64,000 nt of DNA from Gammaproteobacteria bacterium (lineage in GTDB: Bacteria > Pseudomonadota > Gammaproteobacteria > Arenicellales > Poriferihabitantaceae): NCBI GenBank assembly GCA_028817405.1, contig JAPPPS010000130.1, positions 6,345 to 70,344 of the forward strand. Reading direction: 5' to 3'. The number at the start of each line of letters is the position of its first letter. Position 1 is the first letter of the stretch. The position numbers and the translations under genes are program-made. Shown one piece after another: positions 1 to 9,186 of the stretch. The notes under the pieces were generated by a model. That model made no database searches. It was not told where the DNA came from and saw only the letters and a list, made by a program, of their open reading frames with translations.

Positions 1-408
1 CGGGTCGGCCGACAAAAACAAATGCGCGCCGAATGATTTGACATGCCGGTACGGCGACTGGCCGCCGGTGAAGGCGGCGCGGGTGATGTCCAAACCGTTG
101 TGTTCGATGGACTTGAAAATGCGCAAGCCGGTGTCGGCGCTGTTGCGCGAGAGCAGCACGATTTCGACTTTTTGCGCGCCGTCGCCGCCATCGCCGGCGT
201 TATTCAATCGCAGGAATTTTTCCACCATCGGGAACGCCACGCCCGGCCCCAGCGGCTCGGTCTCGCGCGCGATTTGGTATTTGCTGTACGCGTCCAAACC
301 GTCGTTCTCGAACACCGCGTGGCTGGCGCGCATGTCGAACAGCGCGCGCGAGGAGATGGCGATGACCAACGCGTCGCCGAAGTCGGCCGGCAGCGTGGGC
401 GCGCTCAT
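1..408 (-). CDS. 5'-nucleotidase family protein (runs off window edge)
   Basis: Manual translation from ATG at 408: MSAPTLPADFGDALVIAISSRALFDM...PGVAFPMVEKFL...VEIVLLSRNSADTGLRIFKSI...GLDITRAAFTGG, typical of the family. ATGA overlap with the aroE stop. Confidence 0.8.
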   Translation of the reverse strand, partial: MSAPTLPADFGDALVIAISSRALFDMRASHAVFENDGLDAYSKYQIARETEPLGPGVAFPMVEKFLRLNNAGDGGDGAQKVEIVLLSRNSADTGLRIFKSIEHNGLDITRAAFTGGQSPYRHVKSFGAHLFLSADP

Positions 409-1322
409 GTTTGCCCGGCCCGCAACGCGCGAAGCACCGGCGCGGTGGCCGGCCGCCGCCGGTGCCACAGGTGAAACGACTCGGCCGCCTGCTCGACTAA
501 CATGCCGAGACCGTCGCCGGCGTCCACTGCGCCATGCGCCGTTGCCCAACGCATGAACGCGGTCGGGGCGTCGGCGTACATCAAATCGTACGCCACGCAG
601 CCCGAGCCGATGCAGGCGGCGTCGATGGCCGGGACGGTGTCGTCGATGCCGGCCGAGGTGGCGTTGATGAGCAGGTCAAAATCGCCGTCGAGGTCCGCCA
701 GACCGCAAGCGGTGATGGGGATGCCGCCGCCACCGTCCCCGCCACCGCCACCGTCGCCACCGTCCCCGCCACCGTCGCCACCGTCCCCGCGCAAACTCGC
801 CGCCAATTCCCGCGCTTTGCCGTAGTTGCGGTTGGCGATGGCAAGAAGCGCCGGCCGCCGCTCCAACAACGCCCAAGCCACGCCGCGCGCCGCGCCGCCC
901 GCGCCCAACAACAGCGCGCGCCGGCCCGCGATTTCCCAGCCGCGGTTGTCTTCCAAGTCGCGAATCATGCCGACACCGTCGGTGTTGTCGCCACGCATTG
1001 CGCCGCGCTCGAAACTCACGGTGTTGACCGCCTGCGCCTGCGCCGCGCGCGCGGTCAGGGTGTTGCCCGGCGTGCCGCACAACCGCCACGCCTCGACCTT
1101 GAACGGCAATGTGATGTTGAGGCCCGCGCCGTCGCGCGCGGCGAAATGGCTGACCGCCTGCGCGAAACCGCCGCGCTCGACTTGGATGCGGCGGTAGTCG
1201 ATGTCGAGGTCGAACTGGCGCGCAAATCGGCGGTGAATGCACGGCGAGCGACTATGCGCGACCGGATTGCCCATGACCGCGAAACGGTGGGCGCGCGCGC
1301 GGAAGTCGAACGGGTCGCTCAT
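405..1322 (-). CDS. aroE: shikimate dehydrogenase
   Basis: GNPVAHSRSP, NITLPFK, AVNTV, GDNTDG, LGAGGAARG, INATSAG, YDLMY, DGLGMLVEQAA; contains a GDG-repeat insert. Confidence 0.95.
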   Translation of the reverse strand: MSDPFDFRARAHRFAVMGNPVAHSRSPCIHRRFARQFDLDIDYRRIQVERGGFAQAVSHFAARDGAGLNITLPFKVEAWRLCGTPGNTLTARAAQAQAVNTVSFERGAMRGDNTDGVGMIRDLEDNRGWEIAGRRALLLGAGGAARGVAWALLERRPALLAIANRNYGKARELAASLRGDGGDGGGDGGDGGGGGDGGGGIPITACGLADLDGDFDLLINATSAGIDDTVPAIDAACIGSGCVAYDLMYADAPTAFMRWATAHGAVDAGDGLGMLVEQAAESFHLWHRRRPATAPVLRALRAGQT

Positions 1323-2173
1323 CGGCGCGGCCGGCGCAAGTGCGAGCCGCCGCCCCGCCAGCCGCCACCGCTGTATCCGCCGCCGTGTGAGCCGCCAGCG
1401 TCGCCGCCGCCGCCACCGTAACCCCTCCCGCCGTCGCCATGCGAACCGCCGCCGGCATCACCGTCGCCGCTATAACCGTGCGCGACTTCCCGCTCGCGTT
1501 CAAAGATAAACACCGGCGCATCGGTGCGCAGGAGCAACTCGCCTTGGCTGCGGTTGCTCAAGCCGAACGACGACAGCGGCGCGATTTCGGTCGGCGCGTC
1601 AATCGGATATTTGCACGGCCCGGTCAAGGTGACGGTGGCCGGCGCGAACACCGCCAGACTGAACGCGTTGTGGTTGTGGAGTTGCCACTCGCCTTTGGAG
1701 TAGGCGCGCACATTGTGCTCGAAGCGCAGGCGGGTCGGGGTCTCGCGCGCCGCCAAAAAGTGGTGCGCCTCGCCGAAGTTGAACAGTTCATGGTCGCGGC
1801 GGCCGCCGAGAAAACCCAGTAGCACCACCTCGGCGAACTGCCGCGGAATGCGGCGCAAAACGAACGCCAAGTCCGAGTAGTCCTTTTCCTTCGGCAGGTA
1901 TTGGTCGAGGCGCGACTTCGCCGAGTCGCCGTCGCCGACCGCGATGCCGGGCCGGTCGCGGAAGATGGGGCCGCGGTGGTCGGCCCCGCCGTCGACCCAA
2001 ACCAACGGCTCGCGCAGCCGCCCGGCGCGCGGCGCGCGGCTCAGCACCGGCCCGATGAGGGTCACCTGGCGGCGGTTGGTGAATCGGCGCAAATAGGCGT
2101 CGAGCACGGTGTCGGCGTCGTGGCGGCTGTCGTTGCTTTCGATGCTGTCGTGGCTGTCGTTGCTCATGTTCAT
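1319..2173 (-). CDS. thiN: thiamine pyrophosphokinase-like protein
   Basis: WVDGG, GDGDS, KDYSDL, LGGRRDHELFN and C-terminal FGLSN motifs; repeat-derived N- and C-terminal extensions. Confidence 0.7.
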   Translation of the reverse strand: MNMSNDSHDSIESNDSRHDADTVLDAYLRRFTNRRQVTLIGPVLSRAPRAGRLREPLVWVDGGADHRGPIFRDRPGIAVGDGDSAKSRLDQYLPKEKDYSDLAFVLRRIPRQFAEVVLLGFLGGRRDHELFNFGEAHHFLAARETPTRLRFEHNVRAYSKGEWQLHNHNAFSLAVFAPATVTLTGPCKYPIDAPTEIAPLSSFGLSNRSQGELLLRTDAPVFIFEREREVAHGYSGDGDAGGGSHGDGGRGYGGGGGDAGGSHGGGYSGGGWRGGGSHLRRPRR

Positions 2174-2192
2174 GTGGTTTGTTCCGATGGGT

Positions 2193-2219
2193 TTGACGGT
2201 GGACGAATCCCTTTATAAT
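2193..2219 (+). promoter_or_regulatory. sigma70-like promoter for the RND operon
   Basis: TTGACG-N15-TATAAT upstream of ATG 2246 (spacer is short). Confidence 0.45.
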
Positions 2220-2245
2220 CGCGCGCCGCGACAAGGGAAAAATCG

Positions 2246-3598
2246 ATGCGCGTTCGCAACATCCGCCAGTTTATCCTGCCGCCGCTGATTATAGCGGGCG
2301 GCGCGCTGGTGTTTTGGTATCTCAGCAGCAGCGCGCCGCCGCCGGAACCGCTGCGGGCGGAGACGCGCGCGCCGGTGGTGTCGGTGCGCGCCGCCGAGAA
2401 AGTCACGGCCGCGCCGACCTTGCGCGTGTTCGGCCGGGTGGAATCGCCGACGCGCAGCGTGCTGACCGCCGGCCTCGAGGCCGATGTGGTCGAAGTCGCG
2501 GCCTTGGAAGGCGATGCGGTGCGGCGCGGCCAGGCGTTGGTGGCGTTGGACGCGGCCGATGCCGACTTGCAACTCCGCCAGCGGCGTGCCGAATTAGCCG
2601 ACATCGACGCGCAGTTGGACAGCGAGGAAGTGCGGCAACGCGCCGACATCGACGCGCTGAAAACCGAGGAAGCGTTGCTGGCGTTGCGCGCCCGGGCGGT
2701 TGACCGCGCGGCGCAGTTGGCGCGCAGCCGCAGCGGCTCCGAGGCCGCGCTGGACCAAGCGCGCGAGCAGCATGAGCGGCAACGCTTGGCGGTGCTTCAA
2801 CGCCGCCAGTCCATCGACGACGCGCCGGCCCGCCGCCGCCAACTGCAAGCCCGGCGCGCGCGCGCCGCCGCGGCCGCGCAGCAAGCCGCACGCGACTTGG
2901 CGCGCACCCGCGTGACCGCGCCGTTCAACGGCCGGGTCACGCAGGTTTTTGTGGCGGCGGGCGAGCGCGTGAGCGCCGGCGGCCGCCTGCTGGAACTTTA
3001 TGACGAAGCGCAGTTGGAGTTGCGCGCGCAAGTGCCGAGCGGCCACCTGCCGGCGTTGCGCCGGGCGTTGGCGGCCGGGCGGACGGTGACGGCGGTGGTG
3101 GCACCGGCCGCGGAGGCCGTGGATGCCGATGCCGCGGCCGCCGGCCCCGCGCTGCTGCTGCACCGGTTGTCGGCGCAAGTCGGCTCCGGGCGCGGCGGCG
3201 TCGATGCGTTTTTCCGCGCCGGTGACGGTGCCGGCGACGGTGACGGTGACGGTGCCGGTGCCGGCGGCTTGCCGGTGCCGGGCGCGACTATGGAAATCCA
3301 TCTGCGCCTGCCGCCGCTCGATAATGTGGTGCTTCTCTCGCCGGATTCGTTATACGGCAACGCGCGCATTTATTTGGTGCGCGACCAGAAGTTGCAGGCG
3401 AAGACGGTGCGGCGACTGGGCCGCATCGAGTCCGGCGCCGGCGACGGTGCCGGCGACGGTAATAACGCCGGCGATGGCGACGGCCGTGGTGAAATGTTGC
3501 TCATCGTCGCCGGCGATGATTTCCAGACCGGCGACCTGATTCTCGACTCGCGCCTGCCGCAAGCCATCAACGGTTTGCAAGTGCGAATCGCGCCGTAG
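2246..3598 (+). CDS. RND efflux periplasmic adaptor (membrane fusion protein)
   Basis: N-terminal TM, lipoyl-like motifs (EGDAVRRGQALV; VTAPFNGRV), coiled-coil hairpin; upstream of an AcrB-family gene. Confidence 0.85.
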   Translation: MRVRNIRQFILPPLIIAGGALVFWYLSSSAPPPEPLRAETRAPVVSVRAAEKVTAAPTLRVFGRVESPTRSVLTAGLEADVVEVAALEGDAVRRGQALVALDAADADLQLRQRRAELADIDAQLDSEEVRQRADIDALKTEEALLALRARAVDRAAQLARSRSGSEAALDQAREQHERQRLAVLQRRQSIDDAPARRRQLQARRARAAAAAQQAARDLARTRVTAPFNGRVTQVFVAAGERVSAGGRLLELYDEAQLELRAQVPSGHLPALRRALAAGRTVTAVVAPAAEAVDADAAAAGPALLLHRLSAQVGSGRGGVDAFFRAGDGAGDGDGDGAGAGGLPVPGATMEIHLRLPPLDNVVLLSPDSLYGNARIYLVRDQKLQAKTVRRLGRIESGAGDGAGDGNNAGDGDGRGEMLLIVAGDDFQTGDLILDSRLPQAINGLQVRIAP

Positions 3599-3607
3599 TT
3601 TTCTCCG

Positions 3608-3684
3608 CTGTCACCGTCACCGCCGTCACCGTCGCCACCGTCACCGTCGCCGCCCCCGTCGCCCCCACCGTCGCCCCCGCCCCC
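3608..3684. repeat. intergenic (CCGTCR)n-type low-complexity tract
   Basis: tcaccgtcaccgccgtcaccgtcgccaccgtcaccgtcgccgcccccgtcgcc... Confidence 0.85.
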
Positions 3685-3686
3685 GC

Positions 3687-6600
3687 ATGCAAACCGCCGA
3701 CTCAAACAGCCGCGGCCTCATCGGCATTTTTTGCAACCACCCGGTGGCCGCCAACCTCCTGATGGTGATGCTCCTGTTGGCCGGCGTGTGGGGGCTGAAC
3801 CGCCTGAACACCCAGTTCCTGCCGGACTTCGACATCCCGGCCGCGGTGGTGGTGACCACCTGGCGCGGCGCCTCGGCCGGCGACGCCGAGGACCTCCTCA
3901 CGATTCCGCTGGAGCAGCAGTTGCGCAACCTCGACCACCTCAAAGAGATGACCTCGAAATCGCGCGAAGGGGTCTCCAGCATCGTGCTGCAGTTTGAGGA
4001 CGACGCCGATTTGTCGCTGGCGGTGGAGCAAGTCAAAGACCGCGTCGACCAGACCACCACGCTGCCGGCCGCGGCCGAGACGCCGGAGGTGACGCGCGCC
4101 ACCGACTATGAGCCGGTCGCCAGTTTTCTCGCGGCCGCCGACCACCTCGGCGAGTTGCGCCAGTTGGCGCGGCGTTTCGAAGCCGAGTTGCTGGAGCGCG
4201 GCATCGCCCGGGTGGTGGTCAGCGGCCTGCCGGCCGAGATGATTGCCATCGAGGTGCCGGCCGCCGAACTGCGCCGATTGCAACTGTCGCTGGACGACAT
4301 CGGGCGGCGCGTCGAGGCGTGGTCGCAGGATGTGCCGGTCGGCATCATCGGCCAGGCCGACACCTCGCGCCAACTGCGGTTCCGCGAGCGCCGCACGCGC
4401 GCCCCGGACTTCGAATCGGTGCCGGTGGTGACCGGCGAACAAGGGCGACTGGTGACCTTAGGCGACATCGCCGCCATCGCCCGCCAGCCCAAAGACCGCC
4501 AAGTGACACTGCGCTACCGCGGCCGCCCGGCCGTGAACTTCACGCTGCAACAAACCAAAAACGAAGACGCGCTGGACTCGGCCGCCATCTTCCACAATTG
4601 GCTGAACCAGACGCGCCCGGCGCTGCCGGCCGGGGTCGAGGTGGTCGCCTACAACGAGGAATGGCGACTCATCCGCGACCGCATCGATTTGCTGGTGAAG
4701 AACGGCCTCGGCGGCTTGGTGTTAGTGGTGCTGATTTTGTTTTTGTTCATGAGCGCGCGGGTGGCGTGGTGGACCGCGGTCAGCATTCCGGTGTCGTTTA
4801 TGGCCGCGCTGGCGGCGCTGTATCTGCTGGGCGGCTCCATCAACATGATTAGTTTGTTCGGCTTGATTATGACGCTCGGCATCATCGTCGACGACTCCAT
4901 CGTGGTCGGCGAGGAGGCGATGTCGCAGTATGAACAAGGCACGCGCCCGCGCGTCGCCTCCGAGGCCGCGGCGCGGCGCATGCTGGGGCCGGTGTGCGCG
5001 TCGTCGCTGACCACCGCGGCCGCTTTTTTGCCGCTGCTGTTAGTCGGCGGCGTCATCGGCACGATTATGCAGGCGATTCCGACCGTGGTGATTTGCGTCA
5101 TCATCGCCTCGCTCATCGAATGTTTTCTGGTGCTGCCGGGCCACCTGACGCATTCGTTCCGGCGCATGGGGGCGTACAACCCCGGGCGCATGCGGCGCGG
5201 GTTGGACCAGGCGTTTGCGACCTTTCGCGAGCGCGGGTTTCGGCCCGCGGTCGGCTTGGCGGTGGCGCACCGGTGGAGCACCGTGGCGCTGGCCGTGGCG
5301 CTGCTCATCGCCACCGCCGGCTGGGCCGCCAGCGGCCGCATCGGCTTTCAGTTCTTCCCGCAGGCCGAGACCAGCGGCCTGTTCGCCAACATCAGTTTCG
5401 TCTCCGGCACCCCGGCCGGCGAAGTGCGCGCCTACATGGCCGAGGCCGAGCGCGCATTGCGCGCGGTCGAGCGCGAAGTCGACGAAGCGTTCGTCAAGGT
5501 GGTGGTGGCGCAGCACGGCCGCACCTTCGGCGAGTTCGGCGAGGACCGGAACGGCGACCACTTCGCCGGCCTCAATGTACAGTTGCTGGACCCCGACCGC
5601 CGCCGCACCCGCAACCGCGACATCATCAAAGCGTGGCGCGCCAAACTGCCGCCGCGGCCGAACCTGGAAAGTTTGACCATCCTCGAACCGTTCGCCGGCC
5701 CGCCGGGCCAAGACCTCGACCTGAATGTCACCGGCGAACACATCGGCCAAGTCAAGTTGGCGGCGCAGGCGTTGCAGGATGTGCTGGCCGGCCTGGCCGG
5801 GGTCAGCGGCGTCGGCGACGATTCGCCGTACGGCCGCGAGCAGATGGTGCTGCGCCTGACCCCGACCGCCGAGGCCCTGGGCCTGAATGTCGACAATGTG
5901 TCGCGGCAGTTGCGCGCCGCATACAGCGGCTATGAACTGCAGGCGTTGTCGGACGGCTACGACGACATCGATGTGCGGGTGCTGCTGCCGGCCGCCGAGC
6001 GCGGCAGTCTGGAACGCCTCGCCATGCTGCCGGTGCTCCTTCCGGACGGCCGCCCCGAACTCATCGCCAACCTGGCTTCCATCGAGCGCGAGCGCGGCTT
6101 CGACATCATTCGCCACGCCGACGGCAAACTGGCGGTCACGGTGCTCGGCAATGTCGACCCGGCGCTCAACAACCCGGGCCGCATCCGCGCCCGGCTGGAG
6201 GCCGAAGTCCTGCCGCAACTCGCCGACCGCTACGGCGTCGAGTTCGCGTTCGGCGGCCGCCAAGCCGACGAAGAGCGCACGCTCGGCGACATGCGCTTCG
6301 GCGCGCTGCTGGCGCTGGCGCTGATTTATCTGGTGCTGGCGTGGGTGTTCGGCTCGTACGGCTGGCCGCTGTTGGTGATGTTCGTGATTCCGTTCGGCAT
6401 CGTCGGCGCGATTTGGGGCCACGCGGCGATGGGGCAGGACATCACCGTGCTGTCGCTGTTCGGCTTCTTCGCGCTGTCCGGCATCGTGGTCAACGACTCC
6501 ATCATCTTGGTGGTGTTCTACAAACAACTGCGCGCGCGCGGCATGGCGGTGCGCGACGCCGTCATCGATGCCGCGTGCCTCCGCCTGCGCGCGGTGCTGC

Positions 6601-6836
6601 TCACCTCGCTCACCACCATCGCCGGCCTGTCGCCGCTGTTGTTTGAAACTTCATTGCAAGCGCAATTCTTAATCCCCATGGCCACCACCATCGCCTTCGG
6701 CCTGGCTTTCGCCACGCTGTTGGTACTGTTAGTCATCCCATCGCTACTGCTGATTTACGAAAACACCCTCGCGCGTTTTTCCAACACCGTCGCCGCCCCC
6801 GGAGTTGACCAACCACCCGCCCCAGCGCCGGCTTAA
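3687..6836 (+). CDS. RND efflux permease (AcrB/AcrD/AcrF family)
   Basis: 1049 aa; HPVAANLLM, GIIVDDSIVVGE, SGIVVNDSI, RLRAVLLTSLTT motifs; 12-TM layout. Confidence 0.92.
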   Translation: MQTADSNSRGLIGIFCNHPVAANLLMVMLLLAGVWGLNRLNTQFLPDFDIPAAVVVTTWRGASAGDAEDLLTIPLEQQLRNLDHLKEMTSKSREGVSSIVLQFEDDADLSLAVEQVKDRVDQTTTLPAAAETPEVTRATDYEPVASFLAAADHLGELRQLARRFEAELLERGIARVVVSGLPAEMIAIEVPAAELRRLQLSLDDIGRRVEAWSQDVPVGIIGQADTSRQLRFRERRTRAPDFESVPVVTGEQGRLVTLGDIAAIARQPKDRQVTLRYRGRPAVNFTLQQTKNEDALDSAAIFHNWLNQTRPALPAGVEVVAYNEEWRLIRDRIDLLVKNGLGGLVLVVLILFLFMSARVAWWTAVSIPVSFMAALAALYLLGGSINMISLFGLIMTLGIIVDDSIVVGEEAMSQYEQGTRPRVASEAAARRMLGPVCASSLTTAAAFLPLLLVGGVIGTIMQAIPTVVICVIIASLIECFLVLPGHLTHSFRRMGAYNPGRMRRGLDQAFATFRERGFRPAVGLAVAHRWSTVALAVALLIATAGWAASGRIGFQFFPQAETSGLFANISFVSGTPAGEVRAYMAEAERALRAVEREVDEAFVKVVVAQHGRTFGEFGEDRNGDHFAGLNVQLLDPDRRRTRNRDIIKAWRAKLPPRPNLESLTILEPFAGPPGQDLDLNVTGEHIGQVKLAAQALQDVLAGLAGVSGVGDDSPYGREQMVLRLTPTAEALGLNVDNVSRQLRAAYSGYELQALSDGYDDIDVRVLLPAAERGSLERLAMLPVLLPDGRPELIANLASIERERGFDIIRHADGKLAVTVLGNVDPALNNPGRIRARLEAEVLPQLADRYGVEFAFGGRQADEERTLGDMRFGALLALALIYLVLAWVFGSYGWPLLVMFVIPFGIVGAIWGHAAMGQDITVLSLFGFFALSGIVVNDSIILVVFYKQLRARGMAVRDAVIDAACLRLRAVLLTSLTTIAGLSPLLFETSLQAQFLIPMATTIAFGLAFATLLVLLVIPSLLLIYENTLARFSNTVAAPGVDQPPAPAPA

Positions 6837-6888
6837 TTGGGGCCGGCGGTCGCCGGCGTGACGGTGGGGAGGTGGCGAAGTGCGCGAT

Positions 6889-8046
6889 TTAATTGTCGGG
6901 TGGCGGCAGGAGTTCGGTCAAGGCTGCGGCTAATCGTTGCAACTCGTTCGGGTCGGCGGTGGAGGCGTTGATTCGCATGGCCGCCAATCGCTTTTGGTCG
7001 CAGGCGTAACCGTCGCCGAGGGCGTCGGCGGCGTGGCGGGCGCCGGTGGGGTCGTTGCATACCAGCGCCATGTCGCAGCCGGCGTTGAGCGCGGCGATGC
7101 ATCTCGCCGGCATGTCGGCGGCCGCACCGTCGCCGGCGCTGCACACATTGCCCGCACCGTCGCCGGCACCGGCCGCGCTGTCGCCGGCGTTGCCCGTATC
7201 GGCCGCGCCGGCCATGCTGAGGTCGTCGCTGAAAATCATGCCATCGAAACCTAACCGTCCGCGCAGAATTTCGCGCAGCCATATTCGCGAGTAGGTTGGC
7301 GCGCGATGGTCGACGCGCGGGAATTGGATGTGCGCGGTCATGACGCCGCCGGCGCGCGCGGCCAGGCCGGCGAACGGCGCCAGGTCGCGCTTTTCGATGG
7401 CGGATAACGCGCGCGAGTCGACCGGCCGCCGGTGATGCGAGTCGGCATCGACGCCGGCGTGGCCGGGGAAGTGCTTGAGGGTGGCGGCCATGCCGGCGCG
7501 GCGCATGCCGTCGATGAACGCGCCGGCCAACTGGGCCACCGCGGCCGGGTCGCGGTGGAAGGCGCGCGCGCCGATGACCGCGCTGCGCGGGTTTTGGCAA
7601 TCCAGCACCGGGGCGAAACTGCAGTCGATGCCGGTTTGCGCGACTTCGGCCGCCATCAATTGCCCGGCGACGGTGGCGGCGGCGCGGGCGCGAGCGCGGT
7701 CGCGGTCATACAATTCGCCGAGGCGCGCCGGCGCGGGCAGCGGAAAAAATCCGGCGTCGAGACGCTGCACCGCGCCGCCTTCCTGGTCCACCGCGAGCAG
7801 CAACGGCGGCGTACGCAACGCCTTGATTTCGCGGGTTAATTCGCCGATTTGCGCCTTGCTGCGGTAGTTGCGCGCAAACAGCAGCGCCGCGCCGACCGCG
7901 GGGTGGCGGAGCAAATCGGCCTCGGCCGCGGTCAAGGATTCGCCGCGGAGGTCGACCATCAGGGGGCCGAGCGGTTGTTGCGTGGCGGCGACGGTGTTGC
8001 CCGCGGCGCCGGTCGCCGCCAAAGAAACGCCATCCGCATCAGCCAT
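6889..8046 (-). CDS. nagZ: beta-N-acetylhexosaminidase (GH3)
   Basis: VDQEGGAVQR, KHFPGH, VDADSH, MTAH, IFSDDLSM; start set at ATG 8046. Confidence 0.92.
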   Translation of the reverse strand: MADADGVSLAATGAAGNTVAATQQPLGPLMVDLRGESLTAAEADLLRHPAVGAALLFARNYRSKAQIGELTREIKALRTPPLLLAVDQEGGAVQRLDAGFFPLPAPARLGELYDRDRARARAAATVAGQLMAAEVAQTGIDCSFAPVLDCQNPRSAVIGARAFHRDPAAVAQLAGAFIDGMRRAGMAATLKHFPGHAGVDADSHHRRPVDSRALSAIEKRDLAPFAGLAARAGGVMTAHIQFPRVDHRAPTYSRIWLREILRGRLGFDGMIFSDDLSMAGAADTGNAGDSAAGAGDGAGNVCSAGDGAAADMPARCIAALNAGCDMALVCNDPTGARHAADALGDGYACDQKRLAAMRINASTADPNELQRLAAALTELLPPPDN

Positions 8047-8554
8047 GAATATCCACCGTCGTGCCGACCGCGACGCGGTCGAACAAATCCACGACATCGC
8101 GGTTGCGCATGCGAATGCAGCCGCGCGAGCCGGGCCGCCCCATGCTCACATCGTCCGGCGCGCCGTGGATGTAGATGTAGCGGCGCATGCTGTCGACTTG
8201 GCCGAGGCGGTTGCGGCCCGGTTCGCAGCCGCTGAGCCACAGGATGCGGGTGAGAATCCAGTCGCGCTGCGGGGCCGCGGCGCGCATCGCGACGGTGAAA
8301 ATCTCGCCGGTCGGTCGGCGCGCGACGAACACCCCGCCGAGCGGCGCGCCGCCGCCGATTTTGGCGCGAATGATGTGGCGGCCGCGCGGCGTGCGAAAAC
8401 TGCCGTTGACTTCGCCCGCGCCGTTGGCCGCGGTGGACACGCGGTATTGGATGGCCGCGCCGTCGCCGCCGTCGGCTCCGGCATCGCTGAACAGCGTCAG
8501 CGTCTGGGCCGGGAGGTCGACGCGGATGCGCGGTGGTTGCGCGGGCGAATTCAT
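8039..8554 (-). CDS. L,D-transpeptidase (YkuD family)
   Basis: TPRG, YIYIHG...GSRGCIRM motif. Confidence 0.85.
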   Translation of the reverse strand: MNSPAQPPRIRVDLPAQTLTLFSDAGADGGDGAAIQYRVSTAANGAGEVNGSFRTPRGRHIIRAKIGGGAPLGGVFVARRPTGEIFTVAMRAAAPQRDWILTRILWLSGCEPGRNRLGQVDSMRRYIYIHGAPDDVSMGRPGSRGCIRMRNRDVVDLFDRVAVGTTVDIHG

Positions 8555-9105
8555 CGCGGCCGGTCGCCGGAGTCGAGGTGGTCGCCAGAGTCACGGTGGT
8601 CACGGTGGTCACCGTGGTCGCCGTGGTCGCGGTAGCCGAGGTGGTCGAGCAAGTCGGCGCAGGCGCGCTCGATTAAATCCAGCGCGCGGTCGAAGCCGGC
8701 GGCATCGCCGTAATACGGGTCGGGGATTTCGTCGTCGCGGTTTGCGCCGGGCGCGAGCAGCAGGCGGACTTTGTGACGGTGTTTGGCGCCGGCCAAGCGC
8801 GTGAGGTCGGCATGGTTGGCGCGGTCCATGGCGATGATGTGGTCGAATCGCGCGAGGTCGGCGGCCGCGATTTGGCGCGCGCGCAGGCCGCTTAAGTCGA
8901 CGCCGCGCCGCGCTGCGGCGCGTTGCGCGCGACCGTCCGGGCGCGCGCCGAGATGCCAGTCGCCGGTGCCGGCCGAGTCGATTTCAAACCGCGCGCCGAG
9001 TCCGCGAGATTCGACTTGCGCGCGGAACACGCCCTCGGCGGTCGGCGACCTGCAGATGTTGCCGAGGCAGACGAATAGGATGCGGTGGACGGTGGGTGAA
9101 TTCAT
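8551..9105 (-). CDS. low-molecular-weight protein-tyrosine phosphatase
   Basis: CLGNICRSP active-site loop, DSAGT, IPDPYYG. Confidence 0.92.
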   Translation of the reverse strand: MNSPTVHRILFVCLGNICRSPTAEGVFRAQVESRGLGARFEIDSAGTGDWHLGARPDGRAQRAAARRGVDLSGLRARQIAAADLARFDHIIAMDRANHADLTRLAGAKHRHKVRLLLAPGANRDDEIPDPYYGDAAGFDRALDLIERACADLLDHLGYRDHGDHGDHRDHRDSGDHLDSGDRPR

Positions 9106-9186
9106 GACGGTGGAATTGTATGCGCGGCGTACATCTTAACCGTCGCGCGTTGATGAATCGCCGCGGCATTAACTCAAACTTAAGCG

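Noticed and set aside
8039-8554. YkuD motif SRGC instead of SHGC as sign of inactivation
   Set aside because: The catalytic His (YIHG) and Cys are retained; this position varies in the family, so it is insufficient evidence.
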